Shown piece by piece: positions 1 through 11,998 of a DNA stretch of 64,000 nucleotides. Position 1 is the stretch's first letter; each line of letters starts with the position of its first letter. The notes below the pieces were generated by a model. It worked only from the letters and a program-made list of their open reading frames with translations. It had not been told where the DNA came from and searched no databases. A program made the translations under genes and the position numbers. Source of the stretch: Selaginella moellendorffii (taxonomy: Eukaryota; Plantae; Lycopodiophyta); the NCBI RefSeq assembly GCF_000143415.4, contig NW_003314305.1, positions 681,709 to 745,708 of the forward strand, given 5' to 3'.

Positions 1-1582
1 CCGAATATCCGGAATCCTTTCTGTGAAGAACTCGAGTGCTGCATCCTGACTATTCCGTCTGGAAAACGCAGCGTTATCATCAAGAGCAGTGCTAACAACG
101 GTACTAGCGACTGCGGCTACTCTAGCGTGATCTTTCCACCGAGCTACCAAGTAGTAACTTACGGGATTGAGTTGCTTTGGGCCATGCCAGGTAACTGCTC
201 CACTTCTGCGCATCTGTGCTCTCTGAATGCTACGTGCTTGGATGCACCCCATCAACCTGGGTTTTTCAACTGCATTTGTAACACAGGATCAGGAAATGGC
301 TTCTCGAATGGAACGGGCTGCTCAGGTAAGCAAAAAAATCTAGAATACCTTTCTTATCCCTCACCAGCACAAGATTCTTAAGTTGTTTTGTATAGCTGTA
401 GTGGATCACTGTGCGAGCTCTCCCTGCTCGGAGGGAGCAATCTGCGTCAACGACCTAAACTCGTTTACATGCAAGTGTAGACAAGGATACAAAGGAAACG
501 CTACCAGTGGCTGCAGGAAAACCGACGTCTTTCAGCACATCACGAGTGGACCTGTTCTTCTGGTCGTAGCTGCTGCGATACTAGCCGGCTCTATCTGCGT
601 CTGCATCGTAAGAACGAAAAAGTTAGGCCGCAAGAAGGGCTTGTTTCCAAAGCTCGGAAGCCTCGCTCACCTCCAGCTCGAGTTCAAGCAGAACGCCACC
701 TTCTTCTCCTTCGACGAGCTCTCGAGAGCAACGCAGAACTTCAAGGCCGAGCTCATGCTGGGAACCGGCAGCTTTGGCACAGTCTTCCAAGGAGTCCTGG
801 ACGACGACACTCCAGTGGCGATCAAGAAAGCCAACAGCACCACAGGCCCCCGGATCCAGCAGTTCCTCAACGAAGTCACCATCCTCTCGCAGGTAAACCA
901 CCGCAACCTCGTCAAGCTCCTCGGCTGCTGCCTGGAAACCGAAGTCCCACTCTTAGTCTTCGAGTTCGTCCCGAATGGAACTCTCTTCGAGCACTTACAG
1001 CACAGGAGATCTTCGATCCTCAGTTGGGAGAGACGCTTGCAAATCGCCATCGAGACCGCCGAGGCCATCTCCTATCTCCATTCCTCCGCGGCACAGCCGA
1101 TCTACCACCGCGACGTCAAGTCCACCAACATCCTCCTGGACGAGAAGTTCACTGCCAAGGTAGCGGACTTCGGGATATCGAAGTTAGTGAGCCTGGAAGC
1201 CACGCACGTCTCCACCACCGTGCATGGAACTCCAGGCTACATCGATCCACAGTACCAGCAAAACTATCAGCTTACCGACAAGAGCGACGTCTACAGCTTT
1301 GGAGTGGTGTTGCTGGAGCTCATCACGGGGCAAAAGCCTGTGGATTTCTCGCGGAACTCCTCGGACAAGAATCTCACCGCATTCTCGCTCGCTTACATCC
1401 AGAGCAGCCGGATCGAGGATATTATCGACAAGGGCCTGGAGCTGGGAGACGAGAGAGCCAAGATTTCGAGCATACAAGAGGTAGCAAACCTAGCGATCCG
1501 ATGCCTCGAGTTTAATCGGGAGAACAGGCCGGCGATGAGGAGTGTGGCCGAGGAGCTGATGAAGATCTCCGCCGCGTCGTGA
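1..1582 (+). CDS. Wall-associated kinase-like receptor kinase (WAK; Cys-rich ectodomain, 2 EGF, TM, RD kinase), 5'-truncated by window edge
   Basis: EGF-like Cys patterns (CSLNATC...FNCICN; CASSPC...FTCKC), TM segment VLLVVAAAILAGSICVCIV, kinase motifs LGTGSFGTV, VAIKK, HRDVKSTN, DFG, GTPGYIDP. GT-AG intron 326-395. Confidence 0.93.
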
Positions 1583-1900
1583 TTGCCGCGATCAATCGCT
1601 CTGCCCATTTGAAATGCCAAACAAAGATCAAACTTTTTTAGGGCTCTTCAACACCTAGTTGCAAGAATATGCGGTGATAGCTCTCTCTTTTTTTCATTGT
1701 GATTTTCATTTGTATTAATTTAGATCAGTTCAAAGTAAAGTTAATGGGATGGAAGGGAATAAAAGCAAGTGTTACTTTTTCTTCTGTTATTTTCTTTGAA
1801 TGTTTCCAATAATAATGAAAGAACAGTGTCACCATTGTGGCAAATCTTTTATTTTATTAGATTTATTTAAAAGGGATAAACTGATTTGTGCTAATGCTCT

Positions 1901-1946
1901 AGAATCTTCTGGAATATCACCATTCTAGAATATTCTCGAATGTTCA
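1901..1946 (+). promoter_or_regulatory. Heat-shock elements (nGAAn inverted arrays)
   Basis: aGAAtcTTCtgGAAt (1901-1915) and a perfect five-unit aTTCtaGAAtaTTCtcGAAtgTTCa (1922-1946), ~80 bp upstream of the sHSP ATG. Confidence 0.9.
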
Positions 1947-2024
1947 TGGCTCTGTGGAGCAATCTCTTGGCCCCAGCATCGATCAAAAGTTTATTAGATC
2001 TCATCTCTTTTCTAAGTTCTAGAC

Positions 2025-2471
2025 ATGGCTTTGCATTTCTATCGCGGGAATGGCAGCAGCATCTTCGATCCCTTTGAGGAGCTCTCATCGATCTTAGCTG
2101 GTGGCAACGAGCCGTCGAAGCAGATGGCCAGGGATGCAAGCGCCATCGCTAACACTCGCGTCGATTGGCTTGAGACGCCCGAAGCGCACGTCTTCAAGGC
2201 CGATCTCCCGGGGCTGAGCAAGGAGGAGGTGAAGATCAGCGTGGAGGATGGGCGCACTCTCCAGATCAGTGGCGACAGGAAGAAGCACGAGACACAGAAG
2301 AGCGATAAGTGGCACCGCGTGGAGCGCAGCTATGGGAGCTTCTTGAGGAAATTCCGCCTGCCCGAGAGCGCCAATGTGGATGCGATCAAAGCCCAAGTGG
2401 AGAATGGCGTGCTTACTGTCACAGTGCCAAAGATCCCCAAGCCACAGCCAAGAACAATCCAAGTAGAATAG
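2025..2471 (+). CDS. Cytosolic class I small heat-shock protein (HSP20/alpha-crystallin)
   Basis: [54 protein letters not shown]. Intronless, with HSEs upstream. Confidence 0.96.
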   Translation: MALHFYRGNGSSIFDPFEELSSILAGGNEPSKQMARDASAIANTRVDWLETPEAHVFKADLPGLSKEEVKISVEDGRTLQISGDRKKHETQKSDKWHRVERSYGSFLRKFRLPESANVDAIKAQVENGVLTVTVPKIPKPQPRTIQVE

Positions 2472-2663
2472 AGGAGTGATCTCATAGATGATTGGAAATC
2501 TAGATTCTAGCCCTCTTGTTTGAGTTATATACTAATAAAGGTAGTGGAAATTTTGCACGTAATTAAGGAGGAGGTGAATTTTACTAAGTCAGCACAGTTT
2601 GACTTTACGTTGACCTTCATTGACTTCTAGTCTCCCATCAACAGCCCTAGCGAGCCCTATCGC

Positions 2664-4433
2664 ATGGAAGGCAAACGTAAGAGAGGCGGCAAGAAGAAGA
2701 CGAGGAAGAAGAAGGATGCCAAGGTTCGTGTAGCAGCACCGCATTCTAGCGATGAGTCGGAGGATCGTGGGGTTGAGAGCCCTGGTGTGGAATTCGGGCT
2801 CGCATTCGCATCCAGGCACTGCGCCGTCCAGCCGCTGGGGAATCTCCTCTTCACGGGCAGGCAAAATATTCGTGATCCAGGGCTTGGGAGTCTCCAGCGT
2901 CTCAGCGATGAGATCGTCAGTGATATTCTGGCGCTGCTGGATGCCAAGGATCTGGCGCGGTCGGGCGTCTCGAGCAAGGGATTCTATGTTTTCAGCCACC
3001 AGGAAGCGCTGTGGCGGAATCTGGTCCTCGCGGAGCTGAAAGGAGGATTTTTGTTCCAAGGGAGCTGGAGAAAGACCTACGTCTCAGCTCGATCGGCTTG
3101 GACAAAGGTAAGGTGTTCTTTGAGAGCTTTGTTCGTGGAAGAAGGTTTTGATAGTTTTTGTTTCTTTCCATTCAGGAAGAGGATTTCTCTTCTCGATCGG
3201 CTTGTACAAAGGTAAGGTGTTCTTTGGGACTTTGTTCTGGAAGAAAGTTTTGATAGTTTGTGTTTCTTTTCTTTGCCAGAAAGAGGACTTCTCTCCTGTC
3301 AAGGTACTACTAATGACTGCTTTCTTGGCATCGTTCTAAGGTTCTCGTAATGTTCTTCTAGGTGGAAGACTTCTATTCGGACTACTTGTTCCAGAGCTGG
3401 CTTTGTGCCAGTGTGGAGATCAAAGACGAGTGGATTTCCAGGGACAACATCGAGCGCAGAAGCCACCTTTCAGTCGATGACTTTGTACGCGATTTCGAGA
3501 GGCTGAACAAACCAGTTCTTCTCACCGATGCTATCAACAACTGGCCTGCGCTGAAACGATGGAACCAGGACTATTTACTCGATCTGTGTGGGGACGTAGA
3601 CTTTGCTGCTGGTCCAGCTGACATGACGCTCAGCAACTATTTCGTCTATGCGAAGTCCGTGAAAGAGGAGCGACCTCTCTACTTGTTTGATCCAAAGTTC
3701 GGGGAGAAAGTTCCGCAGCTGGCTGCCGACTATGAAGTTCCTGTCTACTTCAGGGAGGACCTTTTCTCGATACTGGGGAAGGAGAGGCCCGACTATCGGT
3801 GGCTTATACTCGGGCCTGCAAGGTCTGGCTCCTCGTTTCATATTGATCCTAACAGCACTTCGGCTTGGAACGCAGTGGTCAAAGGTTCCAAGAAGTGGAT
3901 CCTGTATCCTCCGGGTGCTGTTCCTCCTGGTGTTCATCCCAGCCCGGATGGAGTGGACGTAGCAACTCCGGTGTCCATCACGGAATGGTTTATGAACTTC
4001 TATCACGAGACAAAGCGGGCCAAGCATAAACCGGTGGAGTGCGTTTGCAAAGCAGGCGAAGTCGTTTTCATACCAAACGGCTGGTGGCACATTGTTATAA
4101 ATCTGGAAGACTCGATCGCCATCACGCAGAACTACGTTAGCAGGTATTTCTGGTGTATGCGACGTCGCTGATGGCTAACATGTCATTTTTGCTAGGAGCA
4201 ACATCCTGAATGTTCTGGATTTCCTTAACAAGCCAAATTCCCAGGATTTGGTCTCAGGAACAAAAGATCGCGTTAACTTATACGACAAGTTCAAATCCAG
4301 GTACGAGGAGCTTCATCCCGGGTCATTGGAACAACTCCGGAACGAGAAAAGAGCTCAGGAATCTCAAAAGAAGCGGTCTGTTTGGGAGAGTGTAACTTCT
4401 GGCGGTGATTTTCGATTCAATTTCGGCAGTTGA
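2664..4433 (+). CDS. F-box + JmjC domain protein (JMJD6/JMJ22-like demethylase/hydroxylase)
   Basis: F-box LSDEIVSDILALL; JmjC with FHIDPN (HxD), KKW and WWH. Predicted exons 2664-3107, 3176-3211, 3280-3303, 3362-4143, 4196-4433 join in frame through GT-AG introns. Confidence 0.92.
3088..3294 (+). repeat. ~104-bp tandem duplication spanning an exon end, intron and next exon start
   Basis: ctcgatcggcttg(g/t)acaaagGTAAGGTGTTCTTT...cag(g/a)aagagga(t/c)ttctct occurs twice in tandem. Confidence 0.85.
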
Positions 4434-4534
4434 AAACAGTAGAGGTAAAAACTTTCAAAGACATTATTTTCTTGGAGTCTCAAGTTTTCTCTTGCAGTTG
4501 TCAAAGAATATTGCAAAAGTTTGTTAGAAACTTC

Positions 4535-6675
4535 TTACTCCATAAGGGGTTGCATTGCCTTTTTAAGCTCTTCAAGAACAAACTTCATTGTCGGCCTGCT
4601 ACTTCCGTCGAACTGTAAGCACAAAGCTGCCAAGTTTGCAACTTTTGCAACGCACTCCAGCATTTCTGGAGTTCTAGCATCCAACCTCTTGTCGATCAAC
4701 TCGCTGATGGCTCCTCTTTGTATGACGCTCATTGCAAATGTGGACAGGTTTTTATCTGAAGCACAGCGAGAGAAGTCTACAGGCATCTGACCTGTTATTA
4801 GCTCCAAGATGACTACTCCAAAGCTGTAAACGTCGCTCTTATCTGTAAGCTGATAGCTTTGCTGGTACTGTGGATCTATGTAACCCGGTGTTCCATGCAG
4901 AGTTGTGGAAATGTGAGTGGAATCTATGGGTACCAGCTTGGAAATCCCAAAGTCCGCTACTTTGGCCGTGAGCTTTTCGTCCAACAAGATGTTCGAGGAT
5001 TTGACGTCCCGGTGATATATCGGCGGAGAAGCTGCAAAGTGAAGGTACGTAAGAGCCTCCGCTGTCTCCGTCGCAATTCTTAAACGGTTTTTCCAGGATA
5101 ATGTATCTCCGCGTCTGTGCAGATGCTCGTACAGTGTTCCTCTTGGCACGAACTCGTAGACCAAGAGAGGTACCTCTCTTTCTATGCAACATCCCAGCAT
5201 CTTGACGAGATTTCTGTGGTTCACTTTCGAGAGGATAGTAACCTCGTTCAGAAACTGTTGAATGCGAGGGGCATTGCCGTTGTTGGCTTTCTTGATAGCC
5301 ACCGTGGTGCCGTCGTCCAGTTTACCCTTGTAGACTGTGCCAAAGCTGCCAGTGCCTAGCTTGAGGTCGCTTCTGAAGCACTTGGTGGCTCTCTCCATCT
5401 CTGCCCAGGTAAAGATCCTTGAGTTTTCTTTGAAACTGGCCTGAAGATGTTTCAAGTTTCTAGTTGACAGTGCGGACAATTTCGGCCGGAACTTCCAGAG
5501 GAAAAATCCAAAAACGAGAAGAGCTGGTGCGCCTATAGCTGATGATCAACGTGGAAGACACGTTTAAGAAGCAAGCTTTTCTCTTTAAGTAGCTCACCAG
5601 GAAGAAGAATAACGTATCGCTTTATCGCGCAGCCACCAGTCAAGGTACCGTTTCCTTCATACCCCGCCAAACACTTGCAACGAAATGATGTTCCTTCGTT
5701 GATACAGCGAGCTTTTGGTGCACACGATCCGGGGCTACAGTGATCAACAGCTAAAACCAAGGAAAACAACAAAGAGAAGAGTATGCTTCCTCGTCAAATC
5801 TGGATAGACTTACGCAAACAGCCACTTCCATTGCGGTATCCGTCACCAGCAAATCCATCCTTGCACAAGCAGTTGTAACCCGGTACGTTGCTCGCGTTTA
5901 CGCAGTTAGCGTTTGTAGAACAGAGATTTATGTCATCGACTGAAGCGCAGGTGCTCCCAGGTACCTCCCAGATCAACTCAACGCCATAGCTCGAGTCACT
6001 AGGCACGTAGCTCTTTGGGAAGATCACGCTGGAGAAGCCGCAAGACCTTGGAGCACAGCTCGTCAAAACAACACTCCGAGCTCCAGCCGGAATCGTGGTG
6101 ACGCAGCAGTCTTCAAGCGTGCAAAACGGATTGCGGGCGCTAGCGGTGCGATTGCGGGAGTTGGGACAACCGGTCTGGCACCTGGACGCAGTCGGGTAGA
6201 GATCCGTGGAGTAGTTGCCCCCGGCATTGCAACCGGTGAGGAAGAACTCGTTGTTCCCGGAGAGGAAGTATGGAGACGTTGGCTTCAAGCCCAAGCTCGC
6301 GGTGGCCTCGCTCCCGTTGCAAGACGTGGCCTTGAGGCTGGTCGCGTCGATCACCAGAGTCGTGGCAGTGACCTGGAGGACACGGAAGCTCTCGGTGTCG
6401 GTGCGGAGGAGGAGAGCGAAGTGCTCTTGGTGGTGCTGCTTGGAGGTGCTACACTCGAGTTGGAGCTGGGGGTGACCGCATCCAGGAAGCGAGCTGAGCG
6501 GCGAAGGTACGAGGATTTCTCCACATCTTTGCGAGCAGATTGATGGTGCTTTTGCTGTGGCAGTGGCGATGATGGCGATGCTCGCAACGATCAAGCAAAG
6601 TAGTGAAGGAATTATCGAGCAAAGTTGTGGACAAGGTATAGAAGAAGAAGAAGAATATTTGGGAGGAGAGCGCAT
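4535..6675 (-). CDS. Wall-associated kinase-like receptor kinase (GUB_WAK-like ectodomain, 2 EGF, TM, RD kinase)
   Basis: Signal peptide, CSQRCGEILVPSP...GCGHP ectodomain, two EGF repeats, TM, HRDVKSSN/DFG kinase. Exons ~6675-5814, 5750-5598, 5532-4535. Paralog of 1-1582. Confidence 0.93.
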
Positions 6676-6826
6676 TGCTTTTCTTTACCGGGAAGCTGAT
6701 CAAGGCTTGTTTGGTGGTGCCTGATAAAGGCGACAGCGACAAATCCATGGCGATCGAATCAACGTTTGGTGGCGGAACTAAAAACGAAATGGAGAGAAGA
6801 GCGTGTGGTTTGTGTTAGACAGCGTT

Positions 6827-6898
6827 GCGTTAGTAGTCCAACGGTCAGGATAATTGCCTTCCAAGCAATAGACCCGGGTTCGACTCCCGGCTAACGCA
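6827..6898 (+). tRNA. tRNA-Gly(TCC)
   Basis: Acceptor stem GCGTTAG/CTAACGC, anticodon arm ATTGC-CTTCCAA-GCAAT, T-arm CCGGG-TTCGACT-CCCGG, T-runs downstream. Confidence 0.97.
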
Positions 6899-7371
6899 TG
6901 CCTCTTTTCTCTTCTTTTTATATCTAAAAAGTGCCTATTCATTGCGTTATTCTGTTTTTTTGTAACTTCTACTTTTTAAAACTAACTAGCTAATTTTACA
7001 TTTTAATTATTTTCAAAACGTGCGGTTGCTACGATCCTTTATCACATTGTAGAACTATGATTATATCATTAGTATTTACTTTGCTGGTAACGTAAAACAC
7101 GGTACTTTTGAACCTTTTTGCCTTTTTAAAATTGATTTTCGAGGGGAATCGAGCCCAGCATATACCAGGAACGAATATCCCATGCAAATACCATTAGGGC
7201 TCCAGGGGATAGGGATTATAGGTCGCGGGGCTTCGATCGATCGATCTCTCCCAGGCAGGAACCCCCAAGCTCCAAGAAGCCATCCAATCCGCCACGACGG
7301 CGACGACGGCGGCCTCCTCCTCGCTCGCTCGCCGCCTGAGCAGCAGCAGCAGCGTCCTCGCGCGTGGCGGC

Positions 7372-7677
7372 ATGGCGGCGCGGCAATGGCTGCGCCAGAT
7401 GTCCTCGATGAAGGTAAAGGACGTGCCCGGCTATGTCAAGGAGAATGTGACGCCCGCCAACATCAAAAAGGCGTCGCGCACGCTCATGGACGAGTACTAC
7501 GACAAGTACATCCAGACGAGCAGCTTCACGCCCGTCTATCACTTCCTCATCGGCGGCACCATCTTTGCCTACATTGTTGCCTATCCCACTGAGATTCGCC
7601 ACTACCAGCATGAAGAGGAGGAGCGCCTTCGCAAGCTCCGGGAGGGCGGTGGCGGTGGCAGCGAAGGCGGCCATTGA
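7372..7677 (+). CDS. Mitochondrial ATP synthase subunit f, plant type (ATP17-like)
   Basis: 101 aa with KVKDVPGY, Y-x-x-KYIQTSS-x-x-P-x-x-H, one TM and C-terminal GGH, as recalled for plant subunit f. Confidence 0.8.
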   Translation: MAARQWLRQMSSMKVKDVPGYVKENVTPANIKKASRTLMDEYYDKYIQTSSFTPVYHFLIGGTIFAYIVAYPTEIRHYQHEEEERLRKLREGGGGGSEGGH

Positions 7678-8363
7678 TCTTCCAGCTCCTCCTCGATTCA
7701 TCCAGTTCGCCCTGGTGAGTTCTCTTCTCTTCTCTTTGCAGAGTTCTCTCTTCACGAGTTCCTCCGGCCCTTGGTTCTTTGCTTGCTTTGCTTCTCATTC
7801 GTCTACTCAATCGCCATCTTCGTCAATAGAGCTCGAGCTTCCTAGTTGATAGTTCTTTTCTTTTCTTTATCTCCATCGCCATCTTCATCTCGTGGAGTTT
7901 TCTCTTCACGACTGTTCGCCTTTTTCTTCTCAATCGCCGCCCGGGTTTCCTTTGCCATCGCCATCTTTTTTAAAGCTCGACTTTTCTAGCTCGATTTCTC
8001 GAAGTTACTCCTTTCTTTCCGGTTCTATAACCTGAATGCTTCTCTTCCAAATGCCTTTCTTTGTTCATTGTCACTGACTGGAGTTGTCTTACAGATTGTG
8101 CTGAAAAAAACACCCAAAAAAATGAAACAAGGAAGCAGTAGCTCTGAGGAAGGAAAGGACCTGGCCGTCTCTTTTTCTAGGAACACTGTCATAAAACTCT
8201 TGCGTACGCTGGTGTGTGTGAGGTACCTGTCTCCTTTTTCTCTTTGCGAGGGAGGATATCTTTTGGACCTTCCAGGAACTTTATTCTTGTCTTTGAGAAA
8301 CTCTGTTGTCTCTCACTTTTGTCATGAAATAACGGTGTTTCTAGGCGCCTTTTGTTTCCTCTG

Positions 8364-9659
8364 CTACAACTTTGCTGGAGCCAACATCCACTGCATCACG
8401 GGCCAGCCTCGTCTCAGCGCGATCGCTCTGAGACGAGCGTCGGGATTGACGACGTAAGCTCTTCCGACCTGCGAGAAAAAGCGGTGCGTAAGTAGGAAGC
8501 GAGAGTGTGTGTTTTTTCATCTCACGATTTCTAGCATGGGGAGATCGGCTATGCTGTCGCCAAAGCCGAGGCAATTGCTCAGTGACATCCCGTGCTCCCG
8601 CGCGAAGTCTTGGACTCTGAGAGCTTTCTCGTCATTGCTTGCGTACATTCCCTTTAGCTTCCCGGTCAGCCTGTCAATCACAATTTTAGAAGCTTTGCTT
8701 GATCGCAGGAAAAAAAAAAAAAGTAACCAACCTGCCATTCTCTTCGATTATCTCCGCTGCGTAAACATGGTCTGGAAGAAAAAAAAGAACAAAGATCTGT
8801 GATTAGAGGGAGCCAAGCAACTCAAACCATCCATACCTGCGTCGAGATCTTCCGCTAGAGGAGCCACCAAAAAATCCAACGAGCCAGTCACGAGAACGAT
8901 CTTAAATCCCTCGGCCTTCAACCTCTTGATGATCGCGGCCGCGTCCTTGAAAATCCTGCAAACCAAAGGAAACAAACTTCTCGTGAACTTCCAACTTTCG
9001 TGATCAGACCAAAGAACTTTCCACTCTTACCTGGGCTTGTAGTACTTGGTGTAGATGATCTTGGCGAGCGCGGCCTTGGATTCCACAGTCCTGCCCCTGT
9101 AACTCATGTAGAAGATCCGGTTAAACGTGGGCCTGTGGAACCAGTCGACGATGAGGTAGAGAACGCAGGTAAGAATGAAGTAAGGCACCCAAACAAGCCT
9201 CACCCACACGGCCAGCTCCTCCACACGGGCGCTAAAATACGCCAACACCACATTCGTCTTGCAAACCGTGCCATCTACGTCGAAGAACGCGGCCTTGCTC
9301 TCCACCGAGCTCAATCCACTGGTGTCGATGAAGGCATTGGCATCCGGCGATGGGAGATCCTCCGCGGCGGTGCTACCAGTGGATTCGGTGTAGGTGTTGG
9401 TCTTCCTCTCGATGAGATTGGGCCTGGATCTTGGAAAATACATCCCGGAGCCTGCAAATCGGGGCTAGCGGAGACGAGGAATCAGCGGGGAGAGGAAAAA
9501 GAGAGGAATTTTGTGACCCCAGGCCACGGATTGGAGCAATGCGGCAAGAGGAGAATCGAGAGATTTACCTTGGAGAAGAAATGTGGCCCTGCGATGGATC
9601 GATTCGCATCCGCCGGCTGCTAGATTCGCTGCGCTGTAGAGCGGCCGGATTGGGATCAT
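8364..9659 (-). CDS. HAD-superfamily subfamily IB hydrolase (SerB/PSPase-like) with probable organellar transit peptide
   Basis: Motif I AAFFDVDGT, motif II LVTGS, conserved K, motif IV GFGDSIADLPML, spliced C-terminal VGRAYVVNPDARLRAIALRRGWPV. Multi-exon, stop at 8364. Confidence 0.85.
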
Positions 9660-9711
9660 CGGCGCGCAGCGAGCAAGCGTCGCTGGTTCATCCGATCAAA
9701 CAGTGTCCGAT

Positions 9712-9806
9712 AAACCCTAGGTAGCTCCAAAATGGGCAAAAGAAAAATTAAGTTTTGGTCTTTTAGGGTTCTTGGGGTCGAGTTTTAGGGCTCCAATTTT
9801 AGGGTT
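9712..9806. promoter_or_regulatory. Telo-box-like motifs in a ~160-bp bidirectional promoter
   Basis: AAACCCTA at ~9712 and TTTAGGGTT copies at ~9762 and ~9798, between divergent ATGs at 9659 and 9821. Confidence 0.55.
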
Positions 9807-9820
9807 CTTGCGCGCGAGCG

Positions 9821-10069
9821 ATGGCGCCGGGCGCTGGATCAGCGGCCGCGAGAAGGATTTTGGCGCGGGGCATGGCGACGGTGACGGAGGAGGTGAAGCT
9901 GAGCAAGAGTAAGTCTGGGGAGTTTAATCTGGTGACGTTTATGGAGACGAGCAACATACGCACAGTCATGCATCTGGTGCCGTTTGTGGGCGCCGTGGCT
10001 TTTGTCACGGCGGAGGCGCTGGATTTCTACAGCCAGTGGAGTGCGATCCAGCAGCCCAGCAGACACTAG
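9821..10069 (+). CDS. Small uncharacterised protein (82 aa; presequence-like N-terminus, one hydrophobic segment)
   Basis: GC-rich ORF with Arg/Ala-rich start (AAARRILARGMAT), hydrophobic LVPFVGAVAFV, telo-boxes upstream and a U-rich 3' region. Confidence 0.55.
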   Translation: MAPGAGSAAARRILARGMATVTEEVKLSKSKSGEFNLVTFMETSNIRTVMHLVPFVGAVAFVTAEALDFYSQWSAIQQPSRH

Positions 10070-11998
10070 ATCTCCTCTCTTTCTCCTCTCTTTCTTCTTG
10101 AAATAAAATGCCCCAATTCCCATCCAAAGCTTCTTGGCATGGCCATCTTTCTTCACAATGAGACCTCTCTTTTGTGTCTCACACTTTGTTTCAGTGAAGA
10201 GATTACATTCTTGTTCCATTGACTATGTTGACTTATTATTGACTTTCTTTGACACAGTTCAAAAGTAAAGCAAATTCAACGCGTAAACAGCTGCTAAGGC
10301 CAGCATCTTGGGATCAATGTTGCAAAGACCCATACACCAGGTGGTGAACATGGACCTTGTTCCTCGGACTACGGATCTCTCTCCAGCTGCGTTGTTCCTT
10401 ATGGAGTAGCCGCCTCGACAACGATCCAGACGTGTGGAGTGTGCGAGAGGTATTTTCTCCAAGTTAGTTCCTTTTGGTTTCAATTCGGTATGTCATGCTG
10501 AAAACACCATAATGCAATTGAAGAATGCGTAGCGATTTGATCAAAGAAACTCTGTGTCAGGACACTGAATGAATAACCATGCTTAAACGAAAGAAACTTA
10601 TCTCAATCACAGTGGACATTCCTGTGAATCACGTTTCCCAGGATAGTCACGAAATGCTGTGCTCCCAACACAGTATATAAGGAGGGTAGAAATGGGGACT
10701 TTTCCCCCTTTTCCTTTTTGTACACTCTTGACGCATCTTTCCAGGGAGCCACCGGTTGACAAGGTTTGAATTCGCTAGCACAGCTTTATGCTGGTGAAGC
10801 AGAGAGAGTTGACACCCCAAATTTTGGCATCTGCATTCATGAGAGGCTGCACTATAATGTGCAAAGTTGACAACACCGTCCCAAGTTACGAAATTGCTGC
10901 TAGTTTTCGGTCAAGAACAGTAAACAGGGTGGGTGGCTCAAGAAAGCTTCTACCACCGCGTTAAGCCGCGTTAAGGCCGAAGCTTATTAAAGTCACAGGC
11001 ATCCTAAACAAAGTAGTGACGATTCTCACCAATGTCCGAAAACCATGAACAGCCTAAGTTTGGAAGAAGGAAGAGCTGCCTTATTATTGGCAGGATGGCG
11101 AGAATGTTGTGCAGATAACAGTTTATGGTCTCCAAAACAACTTTTATTTTCTCAGTGCTGAGACTAAGAGACGTCTAGCTGAACTTTCAATCGGAGTCCC
11201 AGATACAGAAGTGGAAGCTGGAAATCAATCAGCCAAAGCAACAGAATGGCTCCATTTGCTGCTTCCTGACAGCTATAACCTTCCAATTCCAAACGTTTGT
11301 GACATTGAGAAGCTCGGTAAGAGACTCTGAAGTTAATACTTACAACTGTTTCCAAGGCTGTATAGCACAAGCCAAACTATCAGAGGAAGAACAGGAAGGA
11401 GCGTATTGCTGCAGCCTATCGAAATGAATTTGGCGAGAGTTTCGAACAATTTCATGGACGTCTGCTGATTGCCAGCATATGTATGAGGAGGAAAAAGAAA
11501 GTCTATGCTTCTCCATCGGATGCTAGAACATCATCATCACCGGTAAGTGTTGACCAAGTTCTCACAGAAAACCAGGTTCTGAGCTTGTGGCTAACAGATC
11601 ATAGATGGATCCAGAACAACCCAATGTCAGAACATGGGAATAGGGTTCTTTGAGTATGATATTTTCTCGAAGCCGTCGTGTGGAGCACGCCACGTGTTAC
11701 GTGTATATAAACGTGCTGAGGTTAGGGTTCAAACAAAGAGGATGAAGCTGGTACCTTTCTCGTGTGGAGGTAAGGCGCAGAATGTGTCTGCTGATCCGGT
11801 TAAACTGGTCTACAAGGTATCCTCATTCGATTATGTCCTAGCTAAAATGTTTATGGGATTTATCTCTGATGTTAGGGACGAGTGCTTGAGCTGCCAATTT
11901 CTTCCGATTTGCCCTACCCCAAAGTTGAGTTCAAAGGTACTTCTTTTCAGTATATTTGATTTGTACTATTGAGCTAGTAACAACATGAGGTCTGTTAG

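Noticed and set aside
6827-7372. tRNA-Gly dicistronic with a snoRNA or mRNA
   Set aside because: T-runs follow the tRNA directly and I saw no convincing C/D-box structure.
623-9724. Numerous overlapping or antisense ORFs in the ORF track
   Set aside because: These are shadow frames of GC-rich real genes and carry no independent motifs.
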